A DNA stretch of 63,872 bases, counting the filler, from Reclinomonas americana ATCC 50394 (taxonomy: Eukaryota), in the NCBI GenBank assembly GCA_048213135.1. It is 10 parts of 6 records of this genome, joined end to end, with 100 filler letters (N's around TTAATTAATTAA, not from the genome) between each part and the next. Parts side by side here need not be neighbours in the genome. Positions count along the whole stretch, not along the records: positions 1 to 14,871 come from PS015309.1; positions 14,972 to 26,159 come from PS015309.1; 8 more parts are not named here. One strand, 5' to 3'. Position 1 is the stretch's first letter. Each line of letters starts with the position of its first letter. The translations under genes and the position numbers were made by a program. Below, one piece after another: positions 11,314-23,644 of this stretch. Below the pieces are notes generated by a model. That model saw only the letters and a program-made list of their open reading frames with translations. It did no database searches and was not told the origin of the DNA.

Positions 11314-14300
11314 TTAACAAGCGCACTTTTGTGATTGTTGTCCCTCGTCAGTTGGTTGTGTGGCAGGTCTTTCGAGCGAGATCGTATCCGACCTTTCCGT
11401 GTCGGCCACAGACATGAGATCCTGTGTGCGCACACAGGTTGTGAGCATGTGGAGCACATTCGGCAATGTGGGACGATAAAAAACACGCACCCTAAATCCA
11501 TTGTCGCGCCGTTGTTGCAGTTTCTCGCTCGCCCATTCCGCCTCCGACTGCGCCATTCCGGGACCAAAGCAATGCGCAAACATGCGCTGCACAACAGTCT
11601 CGACGGTGCGACCGACAATGCTGCGCAATTTATGCCGCGTCCAGTTCGGTCGCGTGTTGAACACTGCATCGGCACTGCACGAGATGCTGTGCTCGAACTC
11701 GCCGTCATCAGAAGCACGTGACACACGGTGATGAACGCGACACACACACACACACACCAGTCGACATTGTGCATCTTCTCAAAGCGAAGCAGGTCCGGGA
11801 TGGGCAGTGCCGCCGGCTGATCCACCTTGTTGACCACCACCGTGTCAAATGCAAGTTCGTAGCCATTGCGTCGGTACCCTTCGATCATGGCTTGTCGGTG
11901 CCACGCAGTCAAGTCCTACCGCATAGAATCACCACCATTATGAGTGCACAGTCATTGAAGTGCGTGCGCGCGCGTGTGTGTTTGTTTGACGAGCCTCAAG
12001 TGATTTCGGGTCGCTGGCGTCGCACATGAGAATGAAGCCATGCGCTCGACGGAAATACGAGCCGAGGATCCGCATCGAGGCATCGCCACCGGGAGTGTCC
12101 ATGAGCTGCAGGGGCATGCACGACCGTCTGTGAGGCCGACTGTCACACCAACCGGCAACGAGAAAGACGCACCCAGATCTCGTACACGCGGCCCTCGAAT
12201 GTGCGCATGTACAGTCGATGCAACTCGGCTGTACACACGCCCGACACATGAATCAGGTGCAGGTTGCAACAATCTTCGGTGAAGAAATGCGACGCAACGG
12301 CCAATAGTGATCAGATCATGCTCATCCGAGAGACCCGGTACTGGAGCAAAGCAGTCGCAAAACAGTGTCTTTCCAACTGTTCATCATCATCATCAACAAC
12401 AACAACAACAGTCAAAACCACGACGATGGCACTTGTCATGAGGGAAACAAATACCATTCTTGGAGCCGAGCACGAGCAGTTTCACCACACACTGCACCGC
12501 AGTGGCACCCCACTCGGGTAATATGGTCAGCTGTGCATCGGTGCGTCAGGGACACAGTACACAGCAGCACCGACAGTGGGCGATCTACGCAACCGAGTAC
12601 TCTGCCGTCGGGTACTTGACCCGATCGTGCGGGCGAGCAAAGAGAGCAAAGCCGGCACCAAATACGCGCTCCCTGTACGCCAGTGGATCCATGGCTTTCC
12701 TGACGTTGCGACCCGAACCATGACGTCGTCGGTTCCGGCCGCTGTGATGATCGGAGTGCTCCTTTGTTCGCAGTCGCAGCGGTGGTGACTGCAACAACAA
12801 AGTCGTGATGGGGCAATCCACGGCACACTTGCAGCAGACGCGACAGAACAGCCAGACGTACCACATCTACTTGCCCGAGGGCGACAAACTTGAGTCGCAA
12901 CAGGTGTGATAATCTCTCCATGACGTCGGCGTCGGGGGCTGCCGATTGGAGTCATAAGTTGCTGACCGAATATATAACGAGGAGCGGAAATCGAGCATTC
13001 ACACGAACCTTGTGGCATCGCCTCCAGCCACTCCAACGTGTCTTGCACTGCACGAGACAGTGCTGAACGCACTTCGTGGTGCGAGTGTCGCAGCAGCTCT
13101 GACAAATCGAATAGTATATGTCGAGAAGTGATAAGTGGTACACACAAAACACGCACACACAGCAATCAAGTGAAGTGAGTGCGTGTACGAACGAGTGAAG
13201 AGCGCGGACTCTATGGACGAGATGCAGTTGAGCAGGCGAAGTTGCGGAGCAGAAAAGCGCGCGGCGGACTCTTGTGCGCGACGGATTTGGAGACGGCGTT
13301 CGCGAATCTTACCCATCTTGGCGGGATGAAGGAATATCACACGGCCCTCGGCCACCACTGTGTCCTTCTCGTCGCCCTCGAATTTCTGGATCCCAACACA
13401 GAGAGCAATGACTTGTCAGCACACGAATACGCGATCACTGCCATCAACCCCCGAGTTTGTGACTTGCCGCTGAAAACAGCATATCAATGTCGCTCGGATC
13501 GTCTCCGACACGCAGGCGGATGCGGTATGACTGCGACTCAGGCTCCGCCTCCGTCTCGGTGGTCAGGCGGCCGTGGATAACGGGGTACACGGTTGATGAG
13601 AGCGACACAGGCTTGCCCCGAGAAATCAGTCGCCATGTTTCCTCTCGAATGCCTGCCATCACGTGTGATGAGTGTGAGTGATTCATCCTTTCCAAACACG
13701 GAAACAGCGTGCGCACTACCTCCGCGGTGCTCAAGGACGGTGATGAACGGAGACCAGTTTGGCTGGGCGGGCGATACTCGCAGATCCACTTCTCCGCCGG
13801 CAGCACGGTGGCCATCGAGCGGATAGCCGTGTTGTGCGTCCTCCTCTTGTGGCACACCAAATATCTGCAACATTGTTTCTCATTCCGTGCCGTCACAGAC
13901 ACCCCCGTCTTCTTCCTGCTTTTCTGACGCACCTCGTATTCGGTGGGCCCCACTCGCCGAGCCAATGTGTACCCGTGCGACAGAGCATCAGTGAACTGGA
14001 AATCGTCGGCTGGCGACAGCTGCTCGCTGAACTTGGCGCCCAAGATTGCGGCGCCCATCGCCACATCGTCGTCATCCTGCCGAGCGCACACGATGAGATG
14101 CACGTGGGACAAAGAAAGACTTGACGAACGATTCGCACGCACCGCTTTCATGACTTGAATGTGCGAGTGGAAGAAGCAGCGCTCCAGCAACACGTCGTGC
14201 ACTCGCGGAATATGCGACGCACCACCGCCCAGCACAACACACTCGATATCGTTGGGGGTGAGACCAGCATTGCGCAGCGCCTCGTGCACCGGTGTGAGAC

Positions 14301-14871
14301 ACGGACTGTGAGTGTCGACAGCAGTGAGCGAGAGAATGTGACATGAAAGGGCAGTCTCACATACTCACCTGAGCAGGTGCGCTGTGACCTCATTCATCTT
14401 GGCTCGCGTCAGCCTGTAGTTCAAGTCGAGGCCGTCGTACAGATCGGCCAGTCGCACAATGTCCACATCGTCCGACGACAGGATCTTCTTCGCCTGCTCT
14501 GCTCGCTGCATGAGACGGATGCGGGCCACAGCATCGGTTTTCATCGAGCGCCGATGCGCCGTTTGGAACTCCACACTCAACAGCCTGTGTGCGCACTGAT
14601 GAGATGCACGTCAAAGGCATGCATACATACGCTCACCACAGCCGCGTAACTCGGCAATGGCACTGTCGAATGCACGGCCACCGCAGTCCTCGTTGCCGGC
14701 CGTGCCCAACACTCGCATGCCCTGTCTCGTCATTTCCACGATCGACACACTGCAAAATCGCGCTCCGAGCACATAGACCAGCACCGTGCGCTGCTTGTGA
14801 CCGTGATCCCAGTAGTGTGTGACGGCAGCAAGTGTGCTTTCCGTGACCTGCAACGATGGTGGTGCATCAGT
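11314..14871 (-). CDS. Divergent Hsp70 fused to C-terminal Rab-like small GTPase, copy B (N-terminus cut by spacer)
   Basis: VTESTLAAVTHYWDH, CGGRAFDSAI, VVLGGGASHIP, DVAMGAAILGAK, VQDTLEWLEAMP, then YPTAEYS|LTILPEWG...VKLLVLGSKN|VGKT, LMDTPGG, SYFRRAHGFILMCD, VVVNKVD, ISCSA and tail ...TQPTDEGQQSQKCAC*. Several intron positions are shared with copy A. Confidence 0.82.
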
Positions 14872-14915
14872 NNNNNNNNNNNNNNNNNNNNNNNNNNNNN
14901 NNNNNNNNNNNNNNN

Positions 14916-14927
14916 TTAATTAATTAA
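14916..14927. other. Artificial contig spacer TTAATTAATTAA
   Basis: Six-frame stop linker flanked by 44 N on each side; recurs identically nine times. Confidence 0.97.
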
Positions 14928-14971
14928 NNNNNNNNNNNNNNNNNNNNNNNNNNNNNNNNNNNNNNNNNNNN

Positions 14972-15413
14972 TCTCCACGCAGCACGCTTAATCACCTTGA
15001 CCGCCACCTGCAACACATAAAAGAGAAAGGTTTGCATGAGGTGCTTCCCTCCTCTCTCACACACACCAGAGAGAGTGTGTGTGTGTGTGACGTACTTGCG
15101 CGCCAGCGGGTTGTCGTGGTCCGAGATCGACAAGTCGCTGCCCGAGGTACACCGTGCTGCACACTTGCATGTGAGCAGCTCATGCACACGTACTTGCTCT
15201 CTCTCTCTCTCTCACGAAACCACTCACCCTTGCACACCGCTGTGTGAACAAGACAGAGTGTGTGTTTTGTGTGAGATGACCATGTTCACAGACAGGCAGA
15301 CGCTCGACGCGTGTGTGCGCACACCTGCCGAGCTTCTTCAGCAGCTGGTAGTGATCATGGAAGGACGCGCGCACTGCTGATGCAGACGACGATGACGCCG
15401 AGGCAAGCGACAT
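14972..15413 (-). CDS. Ser/Thr protein kinase, N-terminal part only
   Basis: MSLAS...FHDHYQLLKKLG|SGVQG|TVYLG...|VAVKVIKR: Gly-rich loop (built with a 12-nt microexon) and VAVK lysine. Truncated by the spacer. Confidence 0.8.
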
Positions 15414-15503
15414 GACTGAGACAATGCTGACGAAGGACACGAGGACGCATTCATTTCCAGTCCCTTCCAGTCTTTCTCCACGCTTGTTGGGTTCTCTTCT
15501 TTT

Positions 15504-18168
15504 TTAGAACGGGCGGTCGGTGAGAGACGGCACGGGGCGTGCCGCGAAGAAATCAATCAGCGTGTTGACGTCGCGCACGATGCGGTCCTTGGTGAAGCCA
15601 AAGTGTGCCATCACATCCTGCGATGCATGGTGAGCACACTGTTTGCATGACATGCAGTGGCTGTGATAATGGCGTACCTTCAGCGGAGCACTGGCACCAA
15701 AGGTGCGCATGCAGTGCTGAGCATGTGAGTAGCGGTCCCAGCCTGTGCAAAGAATCGTGCAAGTCAGTCGGCAGTGACACAGGAGGGGAAGGAAGATCTC
15801 CTGGGCGCGCACCAACAGCGCTGTGGGCCTCGACTGCCAGCACCGGCACGCCAGCGGGGAACACTGTCTGCTTGTACTCCAGCGACTGCTCCTCGAAGAT
15901 CTCCCACGACGGCATGGAGACCACGCGCACGTTCTGTTCAGGGGTGAGACATGCATAATCAACAGCAACGAGTGTGCACGTGGCGGTGTACGCACCCGGC
16001 CGGCCTCCTTGGCAGCATCCACGCACAGCGACACCTCACTGCCCGACGCCACCAAAATCGCGTGCGGCTCACCGGCAAAGCTGTCGGTCAAAGCGTACGC
16101 TCCGCGGAAGACGCCCTCAATCGACGAGCCCTGCAGCTGCGGCAGAGCCTGGCGCGACAGTGCCAGCACACATGGGCCATGGCGACGCTCAATGGCCACC
16201 GCGTACGCACCCGAGGTCTCGTTGCCGTCGGCCGGACGGATGTAGTACATGCCCGGCATGGCACGCAGCATGGTCGGCACCTCAATCGGCTGATGTGTCG
16301 GTCCGTCCTCGCCGAGGCCAATCGAGTCGTGTGTGGCCACGTACACGACACCGTGGTGTGCGAGAGCCGACAGACGGACAGCGCCGGCGGCGTAGCCAAT
16401 AAAGTTGAGGAACGTGCCGCAGTACGGGATGAATCCACCGTATGCCGCCAGGCCGTTGCTGATGGCCGCCATGCCGTGCTCGCGCACGCCAAAGCGCAGG
16501 TAGCGACCCTCGTAGTGGTCCTGCGCACCACACAGGAGAGGTTCAGCAGAAGCACAGGGAAGTAAAATGCAGCGGACATCGAAAGCACCTTCTGGAAGTC
16601 GTGGCCGCCCTTGATCTCGGTCAGGTTGGATGGCGTCAGATCGGCCGAGCCACCAATCAGTGTCGGCAGGTGTCGCGCAATGGCGTTGAGGGTGAGCTCC
16701 GAGGTCTGACGAGTGGCCAGCGCCTTGTCGCCCGGGTGGTACTTGGGCAACGCATCGCGCCACGCAGTGCCGAGCTCGCTGCGAGAGAACGCCGCATAGT
16801 CGCCAGCCTGGTCCGGGTGCTCGGCCAGGAAACGATCGACGGCCGCATGCCACTCGGCCTCCTTGGCCGCACCACGCTCCGCCGCCTCGTGGAACGCCGC
16901 ACGCACACTGTCGGGCACCACAAACGACTGCGCCGGGTCGAAGCCAAAGGCGGTCTTCAGGGCCGCCAAGTTGGCGGGTCCAAGAGGTGCTCCGTGCACT
17001 TTCTCCGTGCCGGCCAACACCGAGCCGAAACCAATGGTGGTTCTGCGCGGAGAAGAATGAGAGAGAGAGAGAGAGAACGCGCGCGTGTGAGAAAGAGAGA
17101 GAGGCGACGCAACTGCAGACGAATGATCGACGGGCGGTCGGTGACGGCGCGCGCCTCGTTGATGGCACGTCGAATGCCTTCGAGATCCGTGTCGCCGTTC
17201 TCCACGTACTGCACATGCCAGCCAGCAGCGTGGAAGCGACCGTCCGTGTCCTCCGTGAACGCCAACTCCGTGCCGCCGTCAATGGAGATGTGGTTGTCGT
17301 CGTAGATGAGAACCAGGCGGCCGAGACCGAGGTGACCGGCCAGCGAGATGGCCTCTTGCGAGATGCCCTCCATCAGGCATCCATCGCCGCAAAACACATA
17401 CACGTAGTGATCGGCGACCTCCGGAGCGAAGCGCTTGGCCAGGTGGTGCTGCGCAATCGCAAAGCCCACCGCGTTGGCCAACCCCTGTCCCAGCGGACCC
17501 GTGGTGACCTCCACACCCGCCGTGTGGCCGCTCTCCGGATGGCCCGGCGTCCTACGCGACACGATAATGAGGAGACGACGAGAGGTAAACGAGGGAAACG
17601 GCGCCCTGTCTCTTGGTGTACGCAACAGAGAGCCGAGCGAGCGGAAGCGACGCAGCTGGTCCAGCGACACATCCTCGACTCCCATCAAATGCAACATCGT
17701 GTACAGCAACTGCACAATCACAACTCACTCAGCACTCCTCGAGACACAGCAGCAGAGGAGGCTGTCACGCAACTGCACAGCCGTGACCATTGGAGAGCAC
17801 GAAACGATCGCGGGCGTACTGCAAAAGAAGAGCACAATGTGAGCAATCAAAATCACAGATGCAAAGATGCGTTTTGTGTGATGGGGAGGCAAAGCAACGT
17901 ACCCACGAGGTGTTGCGCGGGTTGAAGTTGATGAACTCCTTCCACAAGACGTAGGCCACAGGCGCCATGCCCAGCGGCATGCCTATTCACACGCACACAA
18001 AGGAGACAACACACACAAAGACGTGAGAATCAGCTTCGTGTCTCTCTCTCCCCTGTGCGTGTACATCATGTGTCACATGCCTGGGTGACCAGAGTTGCCG
18101 GCTTGCACTGCGTCGGCGGCAAGCACGCGGATAGTGTTGATAGCCAGTGTCTCTGCCTCGGAAGCCAT
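15504..18168 (-). CDS. TKT: Transketolase
   Basis: [60 protein letters not shown]...[47 protein letters not shown]. Confidence 0.97.
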
Positions 18169-18751
18169 GATTGTGTATGCGGTGGAGGTGGTGGGGGAAC
18201 GGAGAGCGGGTGGTGTTGGTGAGTGCTCACAGCGAGACTCAAAGTATCAGTGAGGACGCAGGTCGATGTTTCTGCCGGGTCGCCTCGTCCTCGACGTAAA
18301 CGATGAAACTCCTGTCTTACACCCTCGTTGCAAGACAGTGCTTTTGTGCGCTTGATGGTGATGATGCGCTGTGGGCGGTGGTGGGAGGAAGTGAGGGGGA
18401 GAAGTGGAGAAGGAGAAGCGAGATCGATTGCAAGGTCGATGGAGGCCCGGAAGAATTCGCAGTTGTCGACGTTGCGCACGTGTGGAAACAAGGTATGCTC
18501 CATGGCTGTTGGAGCATCGTGCTCTACATTCGCAGCGTAAAGGAGGAAGCGCAGACGAGAGAGAGTGTAAAAAAACCCCTGCATGCATGTATACGCGTAC
18601 ATGTTCGGTTTTCGACCGCGGCGCGCAAGCAGACGGCACAGCTGTGGCCAGGTGCCCTCAGGATGACGATCCTCCGCTGCGCATGGCTGGACCACGCCCG
18701 CTTGTGGGAGGCAGCTGGGCGACTGCATCGAGTTCTGCGTGTTGGGCTGAT

Positions 18752-19349
18752 CTATGTCGCGTCCGTCTTGGCCATGCTGCTCTCCACGCGACGCTTCAGC
18801 TGCTCATTGAAGCCTGCGTACATGGCTTGCATCACCTCTGTGTCCGGCGATGTTTGGAAGAGGCGCTGCGCCACGCGACAGAAGCCCGTGGCCAGCGGAC
18901 CCTCAAACACCTCCTCTTGCAGGACGCGCGTCTGATTGCCCCCGTCGGCATGCAGCTGGAACGAGTGATACGCACGGAACAGACCGCCAGGCAGAGATGC
19001 TTGCCAAGCCACTCTCCCCTCCTGCGCTCGCTAAGTGGGCGACACTTGCGCGCGATAAGATCCGAACACACACACTCACCTGCTCCGAGCACTCCACCAC
19101 TCGCACTGGCACCGGCACCGCCGACAGCGCCGCCGCGAGCGCACGTGTGGCCACACTGGCACCCTCCTTTCGCGCCTCCAGCCACATGGCAGCGCGCGGC
19201 TGCAGCCACCACCATGACGCAGCCGCGGGAAACGCACGGAAACGCCAAAGCGTGCACCACTCGTCGTACGCAAGCCGATCAGTGACAAGAACACGCCACA
19301 CCTCGCTGCGTGGAGCAGCAACAAAGGTCGCCGCGCGGAAGACGAGCAT
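18752..19349 (-). CDS. SRPBCC/START-like (polyketide cyclase/dehydrase-type) protein
   Basis: FVAAPRSEVWRVLVTDRLAYDEWC...MAWQASLPGGLFRAYHSFQLHADGGNQTRVLQEEVFEGPLA...YAGFNEQLKRRVES; one intron. Confidence 0.78.
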
Positions 19350-19422
19350 CACGATCGATTCACCATTTCACTTAGTGAACCAACCTCACTCCCAACACAG
19401 AACATCACACATCTCGCACACC

Positions 19423-21475
19423 ATGGGGGACAGCGGCGACGACGACTGGATCGAGTATTTTGACTCCACGTCGCACCGGCCGTACTTCCTCTCGCTGCGC
19501 ACTGGCGCATGTCAGTGGAACCGGCCTCTGGCGGGCACAGCGCGCGTCATCCGCCATGTCAACTCCAACAGCGAGCACCCCCCGCCGCCTCCACCTCCTC
19601 CCTCACACCCACCAGCACCCGGCCAGCCGCACCATCCTCCTCATCACCACCACCACCACCAGCCTTCTGGTCCACCCCGCTCACTACCAGTGCCGCCACC
19701 GCCTGGATCGCGGCCCTCTTCCGGCTCCAATGCACACCGTGCGCTCTCCAGCTCCGCCGATCCCGACTCTCTGCGCAAGCCCGGTGCGGCTGCAGTGCCG
19801 CCTCCGGTGCCTGCCACTGCGCCTCCACCACGTCGACTCGGCGCCGACCGTCTCGCCATCTTTCAAGGTGTGTGTGTCTGCTTCCTGTGTGGTTCCATTC
19901 AATCATCTCAATCATCATCATTCAGCCGCGGCTTCATCGGCGGCTGCGCCCTCCAATGCGCCACCGACGAGGCAACGAGCACCGGCGGACTCGCATGTGT
20001 CGCCACCGCCACCACCGCCACCACAGGCGGTGGCAAGTGGCGAGAGTGCGGGGCCACGTGGTGGTGAGAGTGATGGGCAGGCATCTGAGACCGCCGCCCA
20101 GGCGCTGCTGAGGAGGCCACCGCCGCCAGTGCCGCCGCCGCGACGCTCTGCGGCGTTTAATGATTCGGCGGTGGGGACGCAACTGAGTGATGGTGATGGG
20201 AATGCGACGACGACCACCACCACCACCCCAGCAGCAGCAGCAGCAGCGTCGAGTGGATCGCCGTGGAAGTCGCCGTCGTTTGCTCCGCCTCCGGTCCCGG
20301 CACGCGCGCTGCCTGTTGGTACGTTCTCTCCACTCCCATCTCTCCCCTTGTTGCACACTGATTTGCATGTCGCCGGTACAGTCCCGCCCGTCGCCGCGTC
20401 TGATCCACCACCGCCTGCTGGTACGTGAGAGAGAGAGAGAGAGAGAGAATGAGAGATGGTCTCTGCGCCGTGCTGTGCACTCTTCCCTCACTTGTGTGCG
20501 TGTGCGCGCGCGCAGCAAAACCCGCGGTTGTTGGTGCAGCGATTCCGCCGGTTCCGCCACCGCGACCTGCAGCCGCACGGCCCATCCTTCCGTTCGTGGT
20601 GACACCAGAGGATGCGGGCGAGGATAGCAGCAGTGAGGACGAGGGCGACGACACATCGCAGTCGGACAACGACGGAGACAAGACACCGGCTTCGGCGGCG
20701 GCGTCCTCACCTGCACCGCAGCGACTTCTTCCGCCGGTGCCTGCCGTAACTGCAGGGTCGCGCGGTAGTGTGCTCAATCGCTGGCCCCTGGCGACGCAGG
20801 AGAGTGAGCCAGCTCCACAACAAAAGCCACGGCGCTCATTACCGCCGCGGCCTGTGATGCCCCGACTCACGGAGACTGTCGGACACGATGACGTGCCGGA
20901 CGATGTCTCGTGGACTCGTGAGCCCTCCATCGACGGCGACGGGCAGCGCACTACCACAGAACAACCATCGTCAACAGCAGCAGCAGCAGCAGCAGTCGCA
21001 ACTACTGCATCAGTGGAAACGGTGCGTGTGGACTGTACTCTGGCGGGTGGGTGGGAGATCGTCTGACTGTTTGTGTGTGTGTGCGTGCAGACGGGGGATG
21101 CCGAGCAGGAGGAATATGGAGCGGAAGACAGTACACCACAGCCTGCACAGGACGACGAGTCGGCTGCGGATGCACAGTACAGCCAGTCGACCCCAGCCGG
21201 TGCCTACTACTACGATTACGAACGTGGAGAGTGGGTGTGGATGGAGGGAGCGGCAGACGAAGCAGAAGCGGCATCTATGGCGGCGGCGGCGGCAGCAGCG
21301 GAAGCACAAGCAGAAGCAGAGGACGCAGCTGGAGGCGACGCCTATCTGGCGCAGTCGGTGTCGGCGTCGACCGATGGTGGCGCTGGGTGGGTGCCGGAGA
21401 TGCGTGTCGACAGCGATCATGACGATGGTGACGGCAGTGACGCCGGCCTGGCAGCTTCTGCCTCGGCAGAACCTG
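19423..21475 (+). CDS. WW-domain, proline-rich protein (probable N-terminal half of an ARHGAP39-like gene); runs into gap
   Basis: MGDSGDDDWIEYFDSTSHRPYFLSLRTGACQWNRP is a WW domain, followed by several exons of PPPVP-rich low-complexity sequence. Confidence 0.75.
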
Positions 21476-21774
21476 NNNNNNNNNNNNNNNNNNNNNNNNN
21501 NNNNNNNNNNNNNNNNNNNNNNNNNNNNNNNNNNNNNNNNNNNNNNNNNNNNNNNNNNNNNNNNNNNNNNNNNNNNNNNNNNNNNNNNNNNNNNNNNNNN
21601 NNNNNNNNNNNNNNNNNNNNNNNNNNNNNNNNNNNNNNNNNNNNNNNNNNNNNNNNNNNNNNNNNNNNNNNNNNNNNNNNNNNNNNNNNNNNNNNNNNNN
21701 NNNNNNNNNNNNNNNNNNNNNNNNNNNNNNNNNNNNNNNNNNNNNNNNNNNNNNNNNNNNNNNNNNNNNNNNNN

Positions 21775-23624
21775 TGTGAGACCAGGGAACGAGATGACAG
21801 CAAGCAGAAGAAGAACGGAACTACGAGGCAACTGGAATCAGCGGCTCCGACAATTGACGCATCCACAACTTGAACAGCGACGCGCTGACGTGTGCCCTGG
21901 TCTCCTCGTTGATCGCCCCCAGATTTCCCCTCATGCACTCTTCGCGCAGTGACCTTACACCGGCTGCATCACCAGGCACCCTGAGCAAAGGCAAAGGAGG
22001 TGAGTACCGATCGCGTCGCGTTGAGATCATCTCGCAAGACTGCTCGGCGCACCTAAAGAGTCCCTCCTCGGAGAAGCCGTTCAGTCGCTTGATAGAGTCG
22101 GTCAGCATGATCAAGATTCGCGGCAATCGTTCCTCGGGCCACACTGACGACTGCCACAATATGTGTTCCTCCAATGTACATCCAAAAATCGGCAACCATA
22201 TCGGCAGTAGCTGTGTGTGCATGCGCATGTTAATATCATTCTTGTCGCAGCACACAGACGACCTAACCCGCACAACTTACCAGTGCGGCCTCGACTTCTT
22301 CATCTGGTGGCGTTGACAAGCGGCCCGTTCCGCGTTCACATGACTTGATCAGGAATGTGAAACAGAGTCGTGCCACTCGCGACGTGTCGGGATCTGCATC
22401 ATCGGCGACACACGATGAGAGCACGCTCTCAAACACACTTAACAGCGGCTTCTGGGGAAAAGACTCCCGCACCTCTCTTCTCGGCACGTTCAGACAAAAA
22501 CCCCAGCAGCGAGTCCCGTAACCGGTCGGAAGGTGGAAACGATTTGCAAGCCAAACACAAGAGTTGCCATGCGCGCATCTCACTCGACCTGCCAGTGCAG
22601 GTGAGAAGCGGGCACGTCACGAGATGAGGAGAGCGGCGGTGGCGACTCACCGCTTCGGATTCTCGGTCGTGTGTCGACACAACAAACAAAACAACTCGTC
22701 GCGCAGCTCCGGTTCCTTGACGGCAGGCTCCAGCACCTCTCTGGCCACCGGAATCTCAGGTCGAGGATTTTTGGTTTCGCCACAGAACTCGGCAATCCGT
22801 AAGCAGCACCAACGCGAGGGGGAGGGGGAGGAAGAATGCCGCAAGTCAGCACCACTCAGAGAAGACGAAAAGAGGGAAATAAAGAGAGATTGCACATATC
22901 TGACGCCATATCCACGGCTGTCTTGTCTAACCGCGAATCAGACAACTTGTGTAATGGCTTGTCAAACGGCTGTATTGGGAGGCGTGAGCTCATCACGCAC
23001 AAGATACGCGAAGAGTGAGAGAGATATGCGACGCACCTTGCCCCACACAATGAGCTGTTCGCCCTTGATCTTCTTAAACATGCTGATTTTCTGCTTCCCA
23101 AACTGTACACGGGCATAATCGGCGAGGGTGACGGTGGAGCTGGAATGGACGCGCGAGGTGTGAGACCGGTGAAGAGAACAGGTGCACACCCACAGCACGC
23201 AACTGAAAGGCGATTTTCGGAAACGGGTCCATGTTGGACGGCATTACAAACGCGTTCGAGGAACTCCCCTATAAATAATAACACACCGTGAGCCGGCAGC
23301 AAGCAAGCACGCCCCACTCCCTTTCGCATGCATATGTGCTCACCGAACTGGCGGCCTGGTACGCTTGCACAGAGGCTTGACTCAGTCGATTGAGCTCGGC
23401 TGTGGTCAGATTCTGCAGCGTCGTCAAGCGCAGCTCGCGGCTGCGCGACTCGAATGCTTGCGCCACACTCTGTGCCGGATGTGCGGCGGCGGCGCTTTCG
23501 CCCATGCCGGCCACATACGGCTCGGAGAAGCTGCGTCCGCACTCGGCCGCCGAGACGCGTGCCGCACCGCGAACCGGAACCGGCGGCGGCACAAGCGCGG
23601 TCGGCTGGCGTGCCGACACTGGAA
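21775..23624 (-). CDS. MyTH4 + RhoGAP domain region (ARHGAP39/Vilse-like)
   Basis: MyTH4: PELRDELFCLLCRHTTENP, RAWQLLCLACKSFPPS. RhoGAP: IFGCTLEE, LPRIL, EEGLFR|VPG (arginine finger), ASLFKLWMRQLSEPLIP. Confidence 0.88.
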
Positions 23625-23644
23625 NNNNNNNNNNNNNNNNNNNN

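Noticed and set aside
14872..14971. TTAATTAATTAA palindromic element repeated nine times between N runs
   Set aside because: Exact 44N-12-44N layout; a synthetic six-frame-stop linker, not biology.
18177..18935. Possible plus-strand spliced gene (or minus-strand ORF 18066-18728) between transketolase and the SRPBCC gene
   Set aside because: No recognisable motif, ambiguous frame and strand, and its start would be about 9 bp from the transketolase ATG. I cannot support it without transcripts.
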